Under the pieces are notes generated by a model, which made no database searches, was not told the origin of the DNA, and saw only the letters and a program-made list of their open reading frames with translations. A stretch of 64,000 bases of DNA, taken from assembly GCA_963841435.1 (NCBI GenBank), contig CAWJCS010000006.1:1408001-1472000 (forward strand), in the 5' to 3' direction. The first letter of the stretch is position 1. Each line of letters begins with the position of its first letter. The position numbers and the translations under genes are program-made. This document shows, in pieces, positions 49,534-59,134 of this stretch. Origin of the DNA: an uncultured delta proteobacterium (GTDB taxonomy: Bacteria > Myxococcota_A > Polyangia > Polyangiales > Polyangiaceae).

Positions 49534-51198
49534 ATGACGGCCGGTCGAGGACGCGCGCTGGGGTTGGCCTTCTTGGTCGGCGGGCTCGCCGCCGGCTGTG
49601 CGTCGTCCGATGCGGGCTCCGACCGGCCCACCCTCGCCGCGCCCGAGGACCTCTCGTGTCCCGGAGCGCCCCTCGATCCGACGCCAATGCGGCGCCTCAC
49701 GCGTTTCGAGTACACGAACGCCGTCAGCGACACGCTCGGCGTCGATCTCGACGAAGCCATCCTGTTCCCGCGCGACGAAGTGGGGCTCGGTTTCGACGAT
49801 CAGGCGACGACGCTCGGCCTCACGGACCTCCACGTCGAGGGGTACCTCAAGGGCGCCACGCTCGTCGCCGACACGCTTGCGGCCGATCCGGCGCGCGTCC
49901 ACGCGCTCGCCGGGTGCGACGACGACAGCGAGAGCTGCGCTCGCCGGCTCGTTTCGACCCTCGGCCGGCGCCTCGAACGGCGAAATCTCTCGGACGCCAA
50001 CGTCGAGCGGCTGCTCGCATTCTTCGAGGGCGACTTCTCCGAGAGCGGCTTCGCCGAGGGTGCGGGGCAGGCCGTCGCCGCGCTGCTGCAAAATCCGCGC
50101 TTCTTGTACCGCATCGAGCGCGCCCCCGCGGGTGAAGTAGCGAGCACGCTCGCCTCGCCCTGGGTCCTTTCGTCGCGGCTTTCGCTGTTGCTCTGGGCGT
50201 CCGTGCCGGACGACGCGCTACTCGAGGCCGCCGACGCGGGGCGGCTCGCGTCGGCCTCCGACGTCGAGCGCGAAGCACGCCGCATGCTCGCCGACGAGCG
50301 CGCGCGCCGCGGGGCGCTGCATTTTTACCTACAATGGCTCAAGCTCTCGGATTTTGCCGAGGTCGAGAAGGACAACCAGCTCTTTCGGATCTGGAACGAA
50401 ACGCTACGCTCCGATCTCGAGAACGAAACGAGGCGCTTCCTCGACGCCGTCCTCTGGGAGGATGACGCGCGCCTTCAAACGCTGCTCACGGCGCCCTACA
50501 CGTTCGCGAACGCGCTGCTCTCCGACTTTTACGGCTTGCCCATCGGCGATCCCGATCAGCGCGAGCTCGAGAAGAAAAGCTTCGGGCGCGGCGTGCCGCG
50601 CGCCGGCTTGCTCACGCAGGGCTCGATCCTGAGCGTGCAGGCGAAGGCCAACCAGACCGATCCCATCCACCGCGGCAAATTCATCAGGGAGCAGTTTTTC
50701 TGCCAGATCCCCGAGCCGCCGCCGCCCGACCTCGTCGTCTCGCCCCCGCGCCTCGACCCGAGGAAGACCACACGCGAGCGCTTCGAGCAGCATCGTTCCG
50801 ATCCGGCCTGCGCCGGGTGTCACGAGCTGCTCGATCCGGTGGGGCTCATCTTCGAGCACTACGACGCCATCGGCCAGTACCGGGAAACGGAGGCGGACCA
50901 GCCAGTGGACGCGACGGGCTACCTCGCCGATACCGACGTGAGCGGCGAGGTCAACGGTGTGCTCGAGCTCGGTCAGCGTCTTTCCCAAAGCGCCGAGGTA
51001 CGAGCTTGCGTCGTCAAGCAGTGGTTTCGCTACGCCGTGGGGCGGGGCGACACCGACGCGGACGCCTGCACGCTCGACGCGCTGGGGCAGGCTTTCGCCG
51101 CCAGCCACGAGAACCTCCGCGAGCTTTTGGTGGCCATCACGCAAACGGCACCTTTCCTGACCCCCGCGCCTGCACCGGAGCCCGAGCCCGAGCCATGA
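49534..51198 (+). CDS. DUF1592/DUF1588-family lipoprotein with a CxxCH motif
   Basis: RRLTRFEY.N, LL..P.FLYR.E, RLS..LW.S.PD, RAGLLTQ, P.HRG, CAGCH..DP.G..FE.YD..G. Confidence 0.85.
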   Translation: MTAGRGRALGLAFLVGGLAAGCASSDAGSDRPTLAAPEDLSCPGAPLDPTPMRRLTRFEYTNAVSDTLGVDLDEAILFPRDEVGLGFDDQATTLGLTDLHVEGYLKGATLVADTLAADPARVHALAGCDDDSESCARRLVSTLGRRLERRNLSDANVERLLAFFEGDFSESGFAEGAGQAVAALLQNPRFLYRIERAPAGEVASTLASPWVLSSRLSLLLWASVPDDALLEAADAGRLASASDVEREARRMLADERARRGALHFYLQWLKLSDFAEVEKDNQLFRIWNETLRSDLENETRRFLDAVLWEDDARLQTLLTAPYTFANALLSDFYGLPIGDPDQRELEKKSFGRGVPRAGLLTQGSILSVQAKANQTDPIHRGKFIREQFFCQIPEPPPPDLVVSPPRLDPRKTTRERFEQHRSDPACAGCHELLDPVGLIFEHYDAIGQYRETEADQPVDATGYLADTDVSGEVNGVLELGQRLSQSAEVRACVVKQWFRYAVGRGDTDADACTLDALGQAFAASHENLRELLVAITQTAPFLTPAPAPEPEPEP

Positions 51199-52508
51199 CG
51201 ACACGCCGCAACCTGCTCAAGGCCGCCCTCGGCGCCAGCATCGGCCTGCCCTGGCTCGAAACCCTCGCCGGGCGCCCGGCCCACGCTCAGGCGGCATCGA
51301 GCGCGCGGTTCGTCGCGATGTTCTCGCCGAACGGCACGATCCGCGAGCAGTGGCGGCCGACCGGCAGCGAGACCGACTTTACGCTGTCGCCCATTCTCGC
51401 GCCGCTCGAGCCTCACCGGAGCGATCTCGTCATCGTGTCGGGCGTCGACCAGCAAGGTGGGGGCGGCGACGGGCATCAGAACGGCATCAGCGGCATGCTC
51501 ACCGGAGGCGGGCTCCTGCACGGGCCGTTCGCGGGCGTGGGCGCGCCGCCCACGGGCTGGGCGGAAGGACCTTCGGTCAACCAGCGACTGGCCGACGTGA
51601 TCGGGCGCGCCTCCACGTTCCGCTCCCTCGAGATCGGCGTGCAGGTGGGCGCCGCCGACAACTGGGGGCGCATGTGCTACCGCGCGAAGAACCAGCCGCT
51701 CGCTCCGCGCGAAGACCCCGGCCGGCTCTTCGACAACGTCTTCGGCCCTCAGCTGCTCGACCCGGCCGAGCGCGCGCGACGAAGCGCTCGCAGGCAGTCG
51801 ATCCTCGACTACGTGAAAGACGAGCTTTCCGCGCTTTCGAGCGAGGTGAGCGCCGCGGATCGCCAGCGGCTCGACGCGCACCTCACGTACCTGCGCGAGG
51901 TTGAGGCGCGCTTGCGGAGCCAGGCCGAAAGCGCAGGGGATTGCACGCTGCCGCCGCGTCCCGAGGCCTCTTCGTCGGGCAACGACGCGTTCCCCGAGGT
52001 CGGCGCGCTACAGACCAATCTTCTGGTGCTCGCGCTCGCCTGCGGCCAAACCAGGGTTGCGTCGCTCCAATGGTCGCGCTCGGTGTCGCAGGTACGCTTC
52101 ACCTGGCTCGGCATCGACGACAGCCACCACGCGCTCTCCCACCTCCCCGACAGCGACGCCGCTGCACAGGACAAGCTCCTTCGCATCAACCGCTGGTACG
52201 CCGAACGCTTCGCCGATCTCGTCACGAAGCTCAAGAGCTACCCGGAGGGCGACGGGACGCTCTTCAATCAGTGCCTCCTTTTCTGGTGCAACGAGCTCGG
52301 CAAGGGCAACACGCACAGCCGCGACGACGCTCCCTACGTGCTCGCCGGCAGCGCTGCGGGGGCCCTCACGACGGGGCGCTACCTCGAGTACGCTGGAGAC
52401 GTCCCTCACAACGATCTTCTGGTCTCGATTCTCGGGCTGTTCGGGCTGCCCGATACCACCTTCGGCCGCCCGGAGTGGTGCAACGGCCCGCTCGTTGGCC
52501 TCGCCTGA
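51195..52508 (+). CDS. DUF1552-family protein, Tat-type signal
   Basis: TTRRNLLK...LPWLE, F.PNG, R.SILD, D..RLD.HL...R.VE, HH.LSH, NELG.GN.H. Confidence 0.85.
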   Translation: MTTRRNLLKAALGASIGLPWLETLAGRPAHAQAASSARFVAMFSPNGTIREQWRPTGSETDFTLSPILAPLEPHRSDLVIVSGVDQQGGGGDGHQNGISGMLTGGGLLHGPFAGVGAPPTGWAEGPSVNQRLADVIGRASTFRSLEIGVQVGAADNWGRMCYRAKNQPLAPREDPGRLFDNVFGPQLLDPAERARRSARRQSILDYVKDELSALSSEVSAADRQRLDAHLTYLREVEARLRSQAESAGDCTLPPRPEASSSGNDAFPEVGALQTNLLVLALACGQTRVASLQWSRSVSQVRFTWLGIDDSHHALSHLPDSDAAAQDKLLRINRWYAERFADLVTKLKSYPEGDGTLFNQCLLFWCNELGKGNTHSRDDAPYVLAGSAAGALTTGRYLEYAGDVPHNDLLVSILGLFGLPDTTFGRPEWCNGPLVGLA

Positions 52509-52537
52509 AACCACGAAGCGACCCAGGTCTCGCCGCC

Positions 52538-53291
52538 ATGCTGCAACGCCCGCTCCTCATCGCCCCGCTGTTCGTCGCCTCGCTCGCCTTGCTCGGCTGC
52601 TCGGGCGACTCCGCGGCCCCTCTGCCCGAGGTCGCCACCGACACCGAGCACTGCACCGACACCCTCGTGGGCCCGATCAATCCCACCCTGCTCATCGACG
52701 ATTTCGAGGACGCGGACAGCCAGAATCGCGCCCGTCTCGGGTCACCAGGGCACCTGGTGGCTCACGACCGACATGACCGCCGGCACGACGACGCCGCCGG
52801 GCGACCAGGCCGTCTCGCCGGAGCGCATCCTCGGGGGGCGCTGTGGCAGCAAGTACGCCATGCGCATCACCGGCGAGGGCTTCACCGCGTGGGGCGCCTC
52901 GTTGAGCGCGAGCTTCGGTTTCGAAGGCGACGACCTCGCGCCCATCGATGCCTCCGCGTTTCGCGGCGTCAGATTCTGGGGTCGCGTGGGCGAGAGCAAC
53001 ACGAGCCCCCTCCGCGTGCAGTTCCAGGACACCAACACCTACCCGGAGGGCGGCGTCTGCAACCCGAGCCCGGAGGCCACCGACGGCTGCTACAACGGCT
53101 TCGGCACGACCGTCCTGCCCCTCGACACCGAGTGGCGGCTCTATGAGCTGCCGTTCGAGCGGCTCGGCCAGCGCGACTTCGGCCTACGCCCCGACGCGCT
53201 CGACACCTCCAAGCTCTACGCCGTGGAGTTCGGCGTCGTGCAAAGCACCGTGTTCGACTTCTGGGTCAACGACATCTGGTTTTACGAATGA
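52538..53291 (+). CDS. Lipoprotein with a CBM11/galactose-binding-like domain (apparent +1 frameshift at about 52724)
   Basis: Lipobox LLGC; LIDDFED, WGA, DAS.F.GV.FW, W..Y.LPF..L, FDFWV.DI.F. Confidence 0.7.
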
Positions 53292-53361
53292 GCCGGGGAG
53301 GGCCCAGGTCGGATAGGTGCGGCAGAGGGGCCGACCAGCGCGAGCAGGCTCGGTCGCGCCG

Positions 53362-54417
53362 CTACGGGTAGCCGCCAGGATCTTCGAGCGCCGTCGTCTC
53401 CGGCACGCCGAGCATCAGATTGAGGTTCTGGATGGCCTGCCCAGCGCCACCCTTGACGAGGTTGTCAACGGCCGCGAACGTCGTCACGAGCCGGGAGCCA
53501 TCGCCCTCGGGGCCGATCAGCGCGCCCACTTCGGCGTAATTCGAGCCCGACACGGCGACGACCTCGGGCAGCCGGCGCGCCGGCACGCGAACGAAGGGCT
53601 CCGACGCGTAGGCGCGCCCTTGCACGGCCGCGAGGTCGGCCTCGCTGACGGCGGCAGGCGCACGGAAGAAGGCCGTCGCGAAGATACCGCGCGCGAGCGG
53701 CGCGGAGACGGGGACGAAGAACAACGCGAGGTCCTTGGCACCGGCGCTTCTGAGCGCTGCCTCAATCTCGGGCGCGTGTTGGTGCGAGAGCGGCCGGTAC
53801 GTCCGGAGGTTCACCGAACGCGTCGGGTGATGCGTCGTGGCCGTGGGCGTCACGCCGGCGCCGCTCGAGCCCGTGATGCCGACGACCTGCACGTCCCCCG
53901 ACAGCCAGCCGGCCTTGGCGAACGGCAGGAGCATCAGCTCGATGCTGGTTGCGAAGCAGCCGGGCGACGACACGAAGCGCGCGGTGCGGATGGCGTCGCG
54001 GTTTAGCTCGGGCAAGCCGTAAACGAAGCGCCCCAGGAGCTCGGGTCGCGCGTGGGGCCCGCCGTAAAAGCGCTCGTAGGCGGCGAGATCCTTCAGACGG
54101 AACGCGCCGGACATGTCGATCACCTTCACGTTGCGGTCGATCACCTGGTCGACGACTTCGATGCTCGCGCCGTGCGGCAAGCCCATCAGCACGACGTCGA
54201 GATCGGCGACCGCGCGCTCGGGCGGCGGATTCTCGAACGCGAGATCCGTCAGGCCTTCGAGGTGCGGCAAGGCCGAACCGATGGGCTCGCCGACGTGATC
54301 CGCGGCGCACACCCGTACGAGCTTCACGTGGGGATGCCCGATGAGCCGCCGCACGAGCTCCGCTCCGGCGAACCCGGAGCCGCCGAGCACGCCGACCCGG
54401 ACGCGGTCCTTCGTCAT
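53362..54417 (-). CDS. argC: N-acetyl-gamma-glutamyl-phosphate reductase
   Basis: GGSGF.G.EL, LPHG, D.SG.FRL, YGLPE, PGCF.T, SGAG, DNLVKG.AGQAIQN.N. Confidence 0.95.
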   Translation of the reverse strand: MTKDRVRVGVLGGSGFAGAELVRRLIGHPHVKLVRVCAADHVGEPIGSALPHLEGLTDLAFENPPPERAVADLDVVLMGLPHGASIEVVDQVIDRNVKVIDMSGAFRLKDLAAYERFYGGPHARPELLGRFVYGLPELNRDAIRTARFVSSPGCFATSIELMLLPFAKAGWLSGDVQVVGITGSSGAGVTPTATTHHPTRSVNLRTYRPLSHQHAPEIEAALRSAGAKDLALFFVPVSAPLARGIFATAFFRAPAAVSEADLAAVQGRAYASEPFVRVPARRLPEVVAVSGSNYAEVGALIGPEGDGSRLVTTFAAVDNLVKGGAGQAIQNLNLMLGVPETTALEDPGGYP

Positions 54418-56141
54418 TCTTCCGTGCCGCTAACCGTAATCGGAATCCAGAGCGTGCGCACCTTCACGCTGCTGCCGCGCTTGGTGTAGCCCGCGAGGCC
54501 GTAAAGGACGTTCCACCAGTGCCCGTTCGGGGTCTCGCCGTAGCTGAAGGCGGGGAAGATGTGGACCTCCCAGTCCGTGCCCGTCGAGAGACGGCTCTCG
54601 TGGTAATACACGTTGCCGACGAGCTGGGACGTTTCCTTCTCGCTCGAGAAGCGCCAGAACAACGGGAACGCCACGGTGGCGCGCGACTTCGAATCCGCGA
54701 AGTCCCAGAAGAACGGCGCAACGACCGTGTGCGTGCTCGTCGCGTCACGCCCGACGTAGATGATCGGATGAAGGTTCGTCGACCAGCCGCGAACGCCGTG
54801 GGTGTGCTGGAAAAATGGCGTGATGAACGTGGTGTCGCTGACACCGTAGCGCGTGGATCGCGCGAAGAAGGGAAACAGCGCGTGGGTGGACTCGCGCGGG
54901 CTCGTGCGTGAAAAATAGAAGGGGAAGAGCAGGTTTTGCGTCAGATCGATGTCCGGGTCGCGGTAATGCCAGAAAAGGGGCGTCACCATGTCGAGCTCGG
55001 TGCGACCGCGATAGCGAGCGTAGCCCCAGGTGACGAACGTGCTCTCGTCGTGCTCGCCCGTGGCCGTGAGGAACAAGGGGTTGACGAACAACGACTCCTT
55101 GCCCTTGTGCCCGTAGTGGAAGAACGGGAGCAGCGTCGTGTGGCGCTCGTCCTTCCCCCAGATCGAATAGTAGAGCGGCAGAATGTGGAACATCTCCCGC
55201 TTCTGCGTGTGCTCCCGGTAGTACGGCCCCCACACGTTGACCCACGAGAGGTCGCGATCGTTGTAGTGGTAGTAGTGGAGCAGGGGCGGGATCGTTTCGT
55301 ATTTCGATTCGGCGTTCTGGCCGTAGAAGTAGAAGGGCGCGACGCCGAAATCGAGGTTCTGCGCCGTCCGCGTGTCGCACTCGCTGCCGCCCGTCCACGA
55401 GCAGAACACGGGGCCGACGAGGTTGAAGCCGCCCCGCCCATTGGTGGAGGTGTAGGTGAGGAGCGGCGGGATGATGGTGTAGCCGCCGTGCTTGCGCTTG
55501 CCGCCGAAGTAGAGCGGCGCGACCCAGTTGTCGCGCTCCCCGGGGGCAACACGATTGACGACGGGTCCGACGATCGTCGTGCGACTCTTCGCGCGCTCGT
55601 CGACCAGGTTCCAAAAGAGCGGGAACAGCACGTCGTCGGAGACCTCGGCGCTGCGACGGTTGTAGTAGAGCCCGCCGAAAAGCGAGGCTCGGTCGACGAC
55701 CGCGGGGTCGGTGCGGGAAGGCTGCTTGCGCTCCGCCCACACCGGAAAGGCGAGCCGGAAGGAGTAGCTCCCGCTCTGTTCCGTGTAGTACGGGCCGTAG
55801 AAGCCGTAGGTCGTCTTCTGACCTCGGCCCTGCTCTTGCCACTCGGGGCGAAGGTCGCTGCCGATGCGGCCGAGCGTGCGGCGCTGGACGGTGAGGGGCT
55901 CGTCGGGGAGCGTCGGCTCGCCGCCGGGAGCGACGACCGTCTCCTCGGCACCGGGTGCAGCGTGCGTCTCCGGCTCGTTCGGATCCTTCTTGGGCTTCTT
56001 CTGCTGCTGCGGCTCCGGGGCGCCCGAGCCGAAGCCCGGCATCAGCCCGCCGCCCATGCCGTCCTGGGCGAAGGCCGCGCTGCTCGACGCCACGAGCACG
56101 CCGAAGATCGCCCCGGAGAGCAGCCGGCGCCGCCCGCTCAC
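54414..56141 (-). CDS. Exported protein with about 26 aromatic Pro-turn repeats of about 16 aa
   Basis: Signal ending AFA-Q; repeats such as VLFPLFW, VAPFFW, LLPFFH. Confidence 0.75.
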   Translation of the reverse strand: MSGRRRLLSGAIFGVLVASSSAAFAQDGMGGGLMPGFGSGAPEPQQQKKPKKDPNEPETHAAPGAEETVVAPGGEPTLPDEPLTVQRRTLGRIGSDLRPEWQEQGRGQKTTYGFYGPYYTEQSGSYSFRLAFPVWAERKQPSRTDPAVVDRASLFGGLYYNRRSAEVSDDVLFPLFWNLVDERAKSRTTIVGPVVNRVAPGERDNWVAPLYFGGKRKHGGYTIIPPLLTYTSTNGRGGFNLVGPVFCSWTGGSECDTRTAQNLDFGVAPFYFYGQNAESKYETIPPLLHYYHYNDRDLSWVNVWGPYYREHTQKREMFHILPLYYSIWGKDERHTTLLPFFHYGHKGKESLFVNPLFLTATGEHDESTFVTWGYARYRGRTELDMVTPLFWHYRDPDIDLTQNLLFPFYFSRTSPRESTHALFPFFARSTRYGVSDTTFITPFFQHTHGVRGWSTNLHPIIYVGRDATSTHTVVAPFFWDFADSKSRATVAFPLFWRFSSEKETSQLVGNVYYHESRLSTGTDWEVHIFPAFSYGETPNGHWWNVLYGLAGYTKRGSSVKVRTLWIPITVSGTEE

Positions 56142-57421
56142 AGAGCAGCCTCCGCGGCGGGCGGCGCCGTCGCGATGAGCTCGCTCGCCTTTTTAACCAC
56201 TTCGCCGCGCAGAACCTCCGTCTGCGAGCGCGCGCGGAGATCCTTCACGGCCACGACGCCGCGCTCGAGCTCCGTGTCACCGAGCACGAGGCAGAGCCGG
56301 GCCCCGAGCGCGTCGGCGCGGCGGAGCAGGCTCTTCAGCGACCCGCCGCGCGTGTCCGCCTCGGCCGGGATCCCCGCGGCGCGGAGCTCACGGGCGAGCA
56401 GGAGCGACGCCTCGGCCGCTCGCTCGCCGAGCGGCGCGATGAAGCAAGCCGTGCGCGGGCCCTCGTCCGACGCGGGCATGGCAAAGAGCATGCGCTCGAG
56501 CCCCATCGCGAAGCCGATGGCCGGCACCTCGGGGCCGCCGAGCTCACGCACCATGCCGTCGTAGCGACCACCGCCAAGCAGCGCATTTTGCGAGCCGAGC
56601 GCGGGCGACAGCCCCTGGATCTCGAATAGCGTGCGCGTGTAGTAGTCCAGTCCCCGCACGAGACCCGGCGTGAGCTCGTACGGTGTCCCCAGCGCCTCGA
56701 GCGAGCGGACGAGCCCCTCGAAGTGCGCGCGGTCGTCGCCTTCTAGCAGCTCGAGGATCGACGGCGCGCCGCGGACGGCTTCCTGGTCCTTCGGGTTCTT
56801 CGAATCCAGGATGCGCAGGGGGTTGTCGGCGAGCCGCCGGCGAGCATGCTCGCTGAGCTCGTCGGCCTTGGGCTCGAGGTAGGCCGCGAGGGCGCCACGG
56901 TAGCGCTTTCTCGTCTCCGGCCCGCCCAGGGAATTCACCAGGACTTTCACGTCTCCGACACCGAGCTTTTCGAGGACACCGACGAGCATGTCGATGAGCT
57001 CGGCGTCGCAGCCGGGTCCGGGATCGCCGAAGATCTCGGCCCCGGCTTGGTAAAACTGACGGTAACGTCCGCGCTGGGGCTGCTCGGCGCGAAACATCGG
57101 ACCGAGATAGTAGAGGCGGCTCACGGGCTCCTTCGCGTGCCCGGAGCTCGAAACGTAGGCGCGCGCGACGCCGGCGGTCCCTTCGGGCCGGAGCGCCAGG
57201 GACTCGCCACTGCGCTCGAGCACGAACATCTGCTTCTCGACGATCTCGGTCGCCTCGCCGATGGAGCGCACGAAGAGCTCCAAGGGCTCGAGGACGGGCG
57301 TGCGGATCTCTCGGAAGCCCGCGAGCTCGAGCTCGCGGCGGAGCACTCCTTCGAGGAGGTGCCAGCGCCCGATCTCGTCGGGGAGGATGTCGTTCATCCC
57401 CTTGACGGCGCGAAGGTTCAT
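56138..57421 (-). CDS. hisS: Histidine-tRNA ligase
   Basis: KGMND, LRPEGTA, GPMFR.E.PQ.GRYRQF, LVRGLDYY, GGGRYD, GFA.G.ER. Confidence 0.97.
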   Translation of the reverse strand: MNLRAVKGMNDILPDEIGRWHLLEGVLRRELELAGFREIRTPVLEPLELFVRSIGEATEIVEKQMFVLERSGESLALRPEGTAGVARAYVSSSGHAKEPVSRLYYLGPMFRAEQPQRGRYRQFYQAGAEIFGDPGPGCDAELIDMLVGVLEKLGVGDVKVLVNSLGGPETRKRYRGALAAYLEPKADELSEHARRRLADNPLRILDSKNPKDQEAVRGAPSILELLEGDDRAHFEGLVRSLEALGTPYELTPGLVRGLDYYTRTLFEIQGLSPALGSQNALLGGGRYDGMVRELGGPEVPAIGFAMGLERMLFAMPASDEGPRTACFIAPLGERAAEASLLLARELRAAGIPAEADTRGGSLKSLLRRADALGARLCLVLGDTELERGVVAVKDLRARSQTEVLRGEVVKKASELIATAPPAAEAAL

Positions 57422-57489
57422 GGGTCGAGGGTCAAAAGCCGGGCCCCGCTGTTAGCAGCTCTCCCGAGAAGGTGCTATCCACATCGGCC

Positions 57490-57912
57490 GTGCGAGCTGC
57501 GGGCGTCGATGTCGGCCGGGTGCGTGTCGGCGTGGCGGTTGCGGACGAACTGGGACTGTTTGCCCACCCGCGCGCCCACGTGGACGGACGGGACCCTCGG
57601 CGGGCCGTCGAGGCGCTCGCGGCGCTCGCCCGGGAGGAGCAAATCGGGACGTTCGTCGTCGGCCTGCCCCGCTCGCTGGCCGGCCGGGAGGGGCCGTCGG
57701 CGCGCCGTGCTCGCAAGTTCGCGCGCGACCTCGGGGCGAGGACGGGAGCCCGCGTGGAGCTTTTCGACGAGTGGCTCTCGACGCGCGAGGCGAGGACCAA
57801 GCTTTCGTATCAGGGGCTCTCCGACCGGGAAGCGAGAGAACGCATCGACAGCGCGGCGGCGGCGGTCGTGCTCCAGTGCTGGCTAGACGCCCGGCGTGGC
57901 AAGGTCGAGTGA
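57490..57912 (+). CDS. ruvX: YqgF/RuvX nuclease
   Basis: GVDVG..RVGVAV.D, VVGLP, DE..ST, ID..AA...LQ..LD. Confidence 0.92.
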   Translation: MRAAGVDVGRVRVGVAVADELGLFAHPRAHVDGRDPRRAVEALAALAREEQIGTFVVGLPRSLAGREGPSARRARKFARDLGARTGARVELFDEWLSTREARTKLSYQGLSDREARERIDSAAAAVVLQCWLDARRGKVE

Positions 57913-59093
57913 ACGCGCCCGCTCGGCGAAAGCGCGGGCGGCAGCGCGGCGGAAAGCGCGCGCGCGGGCGCTCCACGCCGTCCGCGCGCTCCACACCGTC
58001 CGCGCGCTCCACACCGTCAACGCGCCCGGGGCGTCCCAAGGCGGGTCGCCGCACCTGGCTGTGGCTGGTCGCCGCGGGCGCCGTGCTGCTCGGCGCGCTC
58101 TTTGGGTTCGTGGCCTGGGCGCGCGACAGCGGCCCGGGCCCGGGCCGGCGCGTCGTCATCGAGGTGCCAGCCTTCGCCACGGCCTCGACGCTCGCCGCTG
58201 ACCTCGTGGCGCACGGGGTCCTCAGGCGCGCGTTTCCGTTCTCGCTCTATTTCGAGCTCTTCACGGTGGGCCCGGCGCCGGGGCGCCACGTCCTGCGCGA
58301 CGATCTCGGACCGCGCGAGCTCGCGCAGCGCCTGAGCCGGTCGCCGTCGCGCGGCACGCGGCGGGTGACCCTGCCCGAAGGCTTTCAGCACCTGCAGATC
58401 GCGGCACGCCTGTCCGACCTCGACGTATGCGACGCCGACGCATTCCGCGCTGCCGTCAACGACCCGGCCCTGTGCGCCGAGCTCGGCATCCGCGGCCCGA
58501 GCGCCGAGGGCTATCTCTTTCCGGCGACCTACTACCTGCCCGTGGATGCCGATCCGAAAGGCGTCGTCCGCCAGCTGGTCTCGGAGACGCGCCGGCGACT
58601 CGCTCGCGTCAGCGCGGCACACCCCGGCGCGCTTTCCGAGCTCGCGCGCCGTGACGGCTTCGGCGAGCACGAAATTCTGACTTTGGCGTCGATCGTCGAG
58701 CGCGAGTCGGGCGACTCGCGGGAAGATCCCGTGATTGCGAGCGTGTTTTTCAACCGCCTCCACGATCCGACCTTTCGCCCGCTGCGCTCGCTGCAGTCCG
58801 ACCCGACCGCCGCCTACGGGTGCCTGGTTTCGCCCGAGCGCGCGCCGAGCTGTGCAGCCTTTCGCGGCCCCATCCTGCCCGCGATGTTGCGTGACGCGCA
58901 AAACCCCTACAACACGTACCGCCACGCGGGCCTGCCGCCCGGCCCCATCGCGAATCCGGGCGAGAGCGCGCTTTCGGCCGTGCTCGCGCCCGCGACCACC
59001 GACTACCTCTACTTCGTTGCTGCTGGGGGTGGACGACACCGCTTCAGCCGGACCTTCGACGAGCATCGGCAAGCCATCGCGGGTGGACGCTAG
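57909..59093 (+). CDS. mltG: Endolytic transglycosylase
   Basis: VT.PEG, EGYLFP.TY, LASIVERE, ASVF.NRL, LQSDPT, NPYNTY...GLPPGPI.NPG, YLYFV. Confidence 0.93.
   Translation: MNAPARRKRGRQRGGKRARGRSTPSARSTPSARSTPSTRPGRPKAGRRTWLWLVAAGAVLLGALFGFVAWARDSGPGPGRRVVIEVPAFATASTLAADLVAHGVLRRAFPFSLYFELFTVGPAPGRHVLRDDLGPRELAQRLSRSPSRGTRRVTLPEGFQHLQIAARLSDLDVCDADAFRAAVNDPALCAELGIRGPSAEGYLFPATYYLPVDADPKGVVRQLVSETRRRLARVSAAHPGALSELARRDGFGEHEILTLASIVERESGDSREDPVIASVFFNRLHDPTFRPLRSLQSDPTAAYGCLVSPERAPSCAAFRGPILPAMLRDAQNPYNTYRHAGLPPGPIANPGESALSAVLAPATTDYLYFVAAGGGRHRFSRTFDEHRQAIAGGR
57969..58022 (+). repeat. Three 18-bp tandem repeats (RSTPSA) in the mltG N-terminus
   Basis: cgctccacgccgtccgcg / cgctccacaccgtccgcg / cgctccacaccgtcaacg. 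Confidence 0.8.
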
Positions 59094-59134
59094 CCAGCAC
59101 CGGATGTATTGCCTTGCCGATCCTGGAGAACGCG

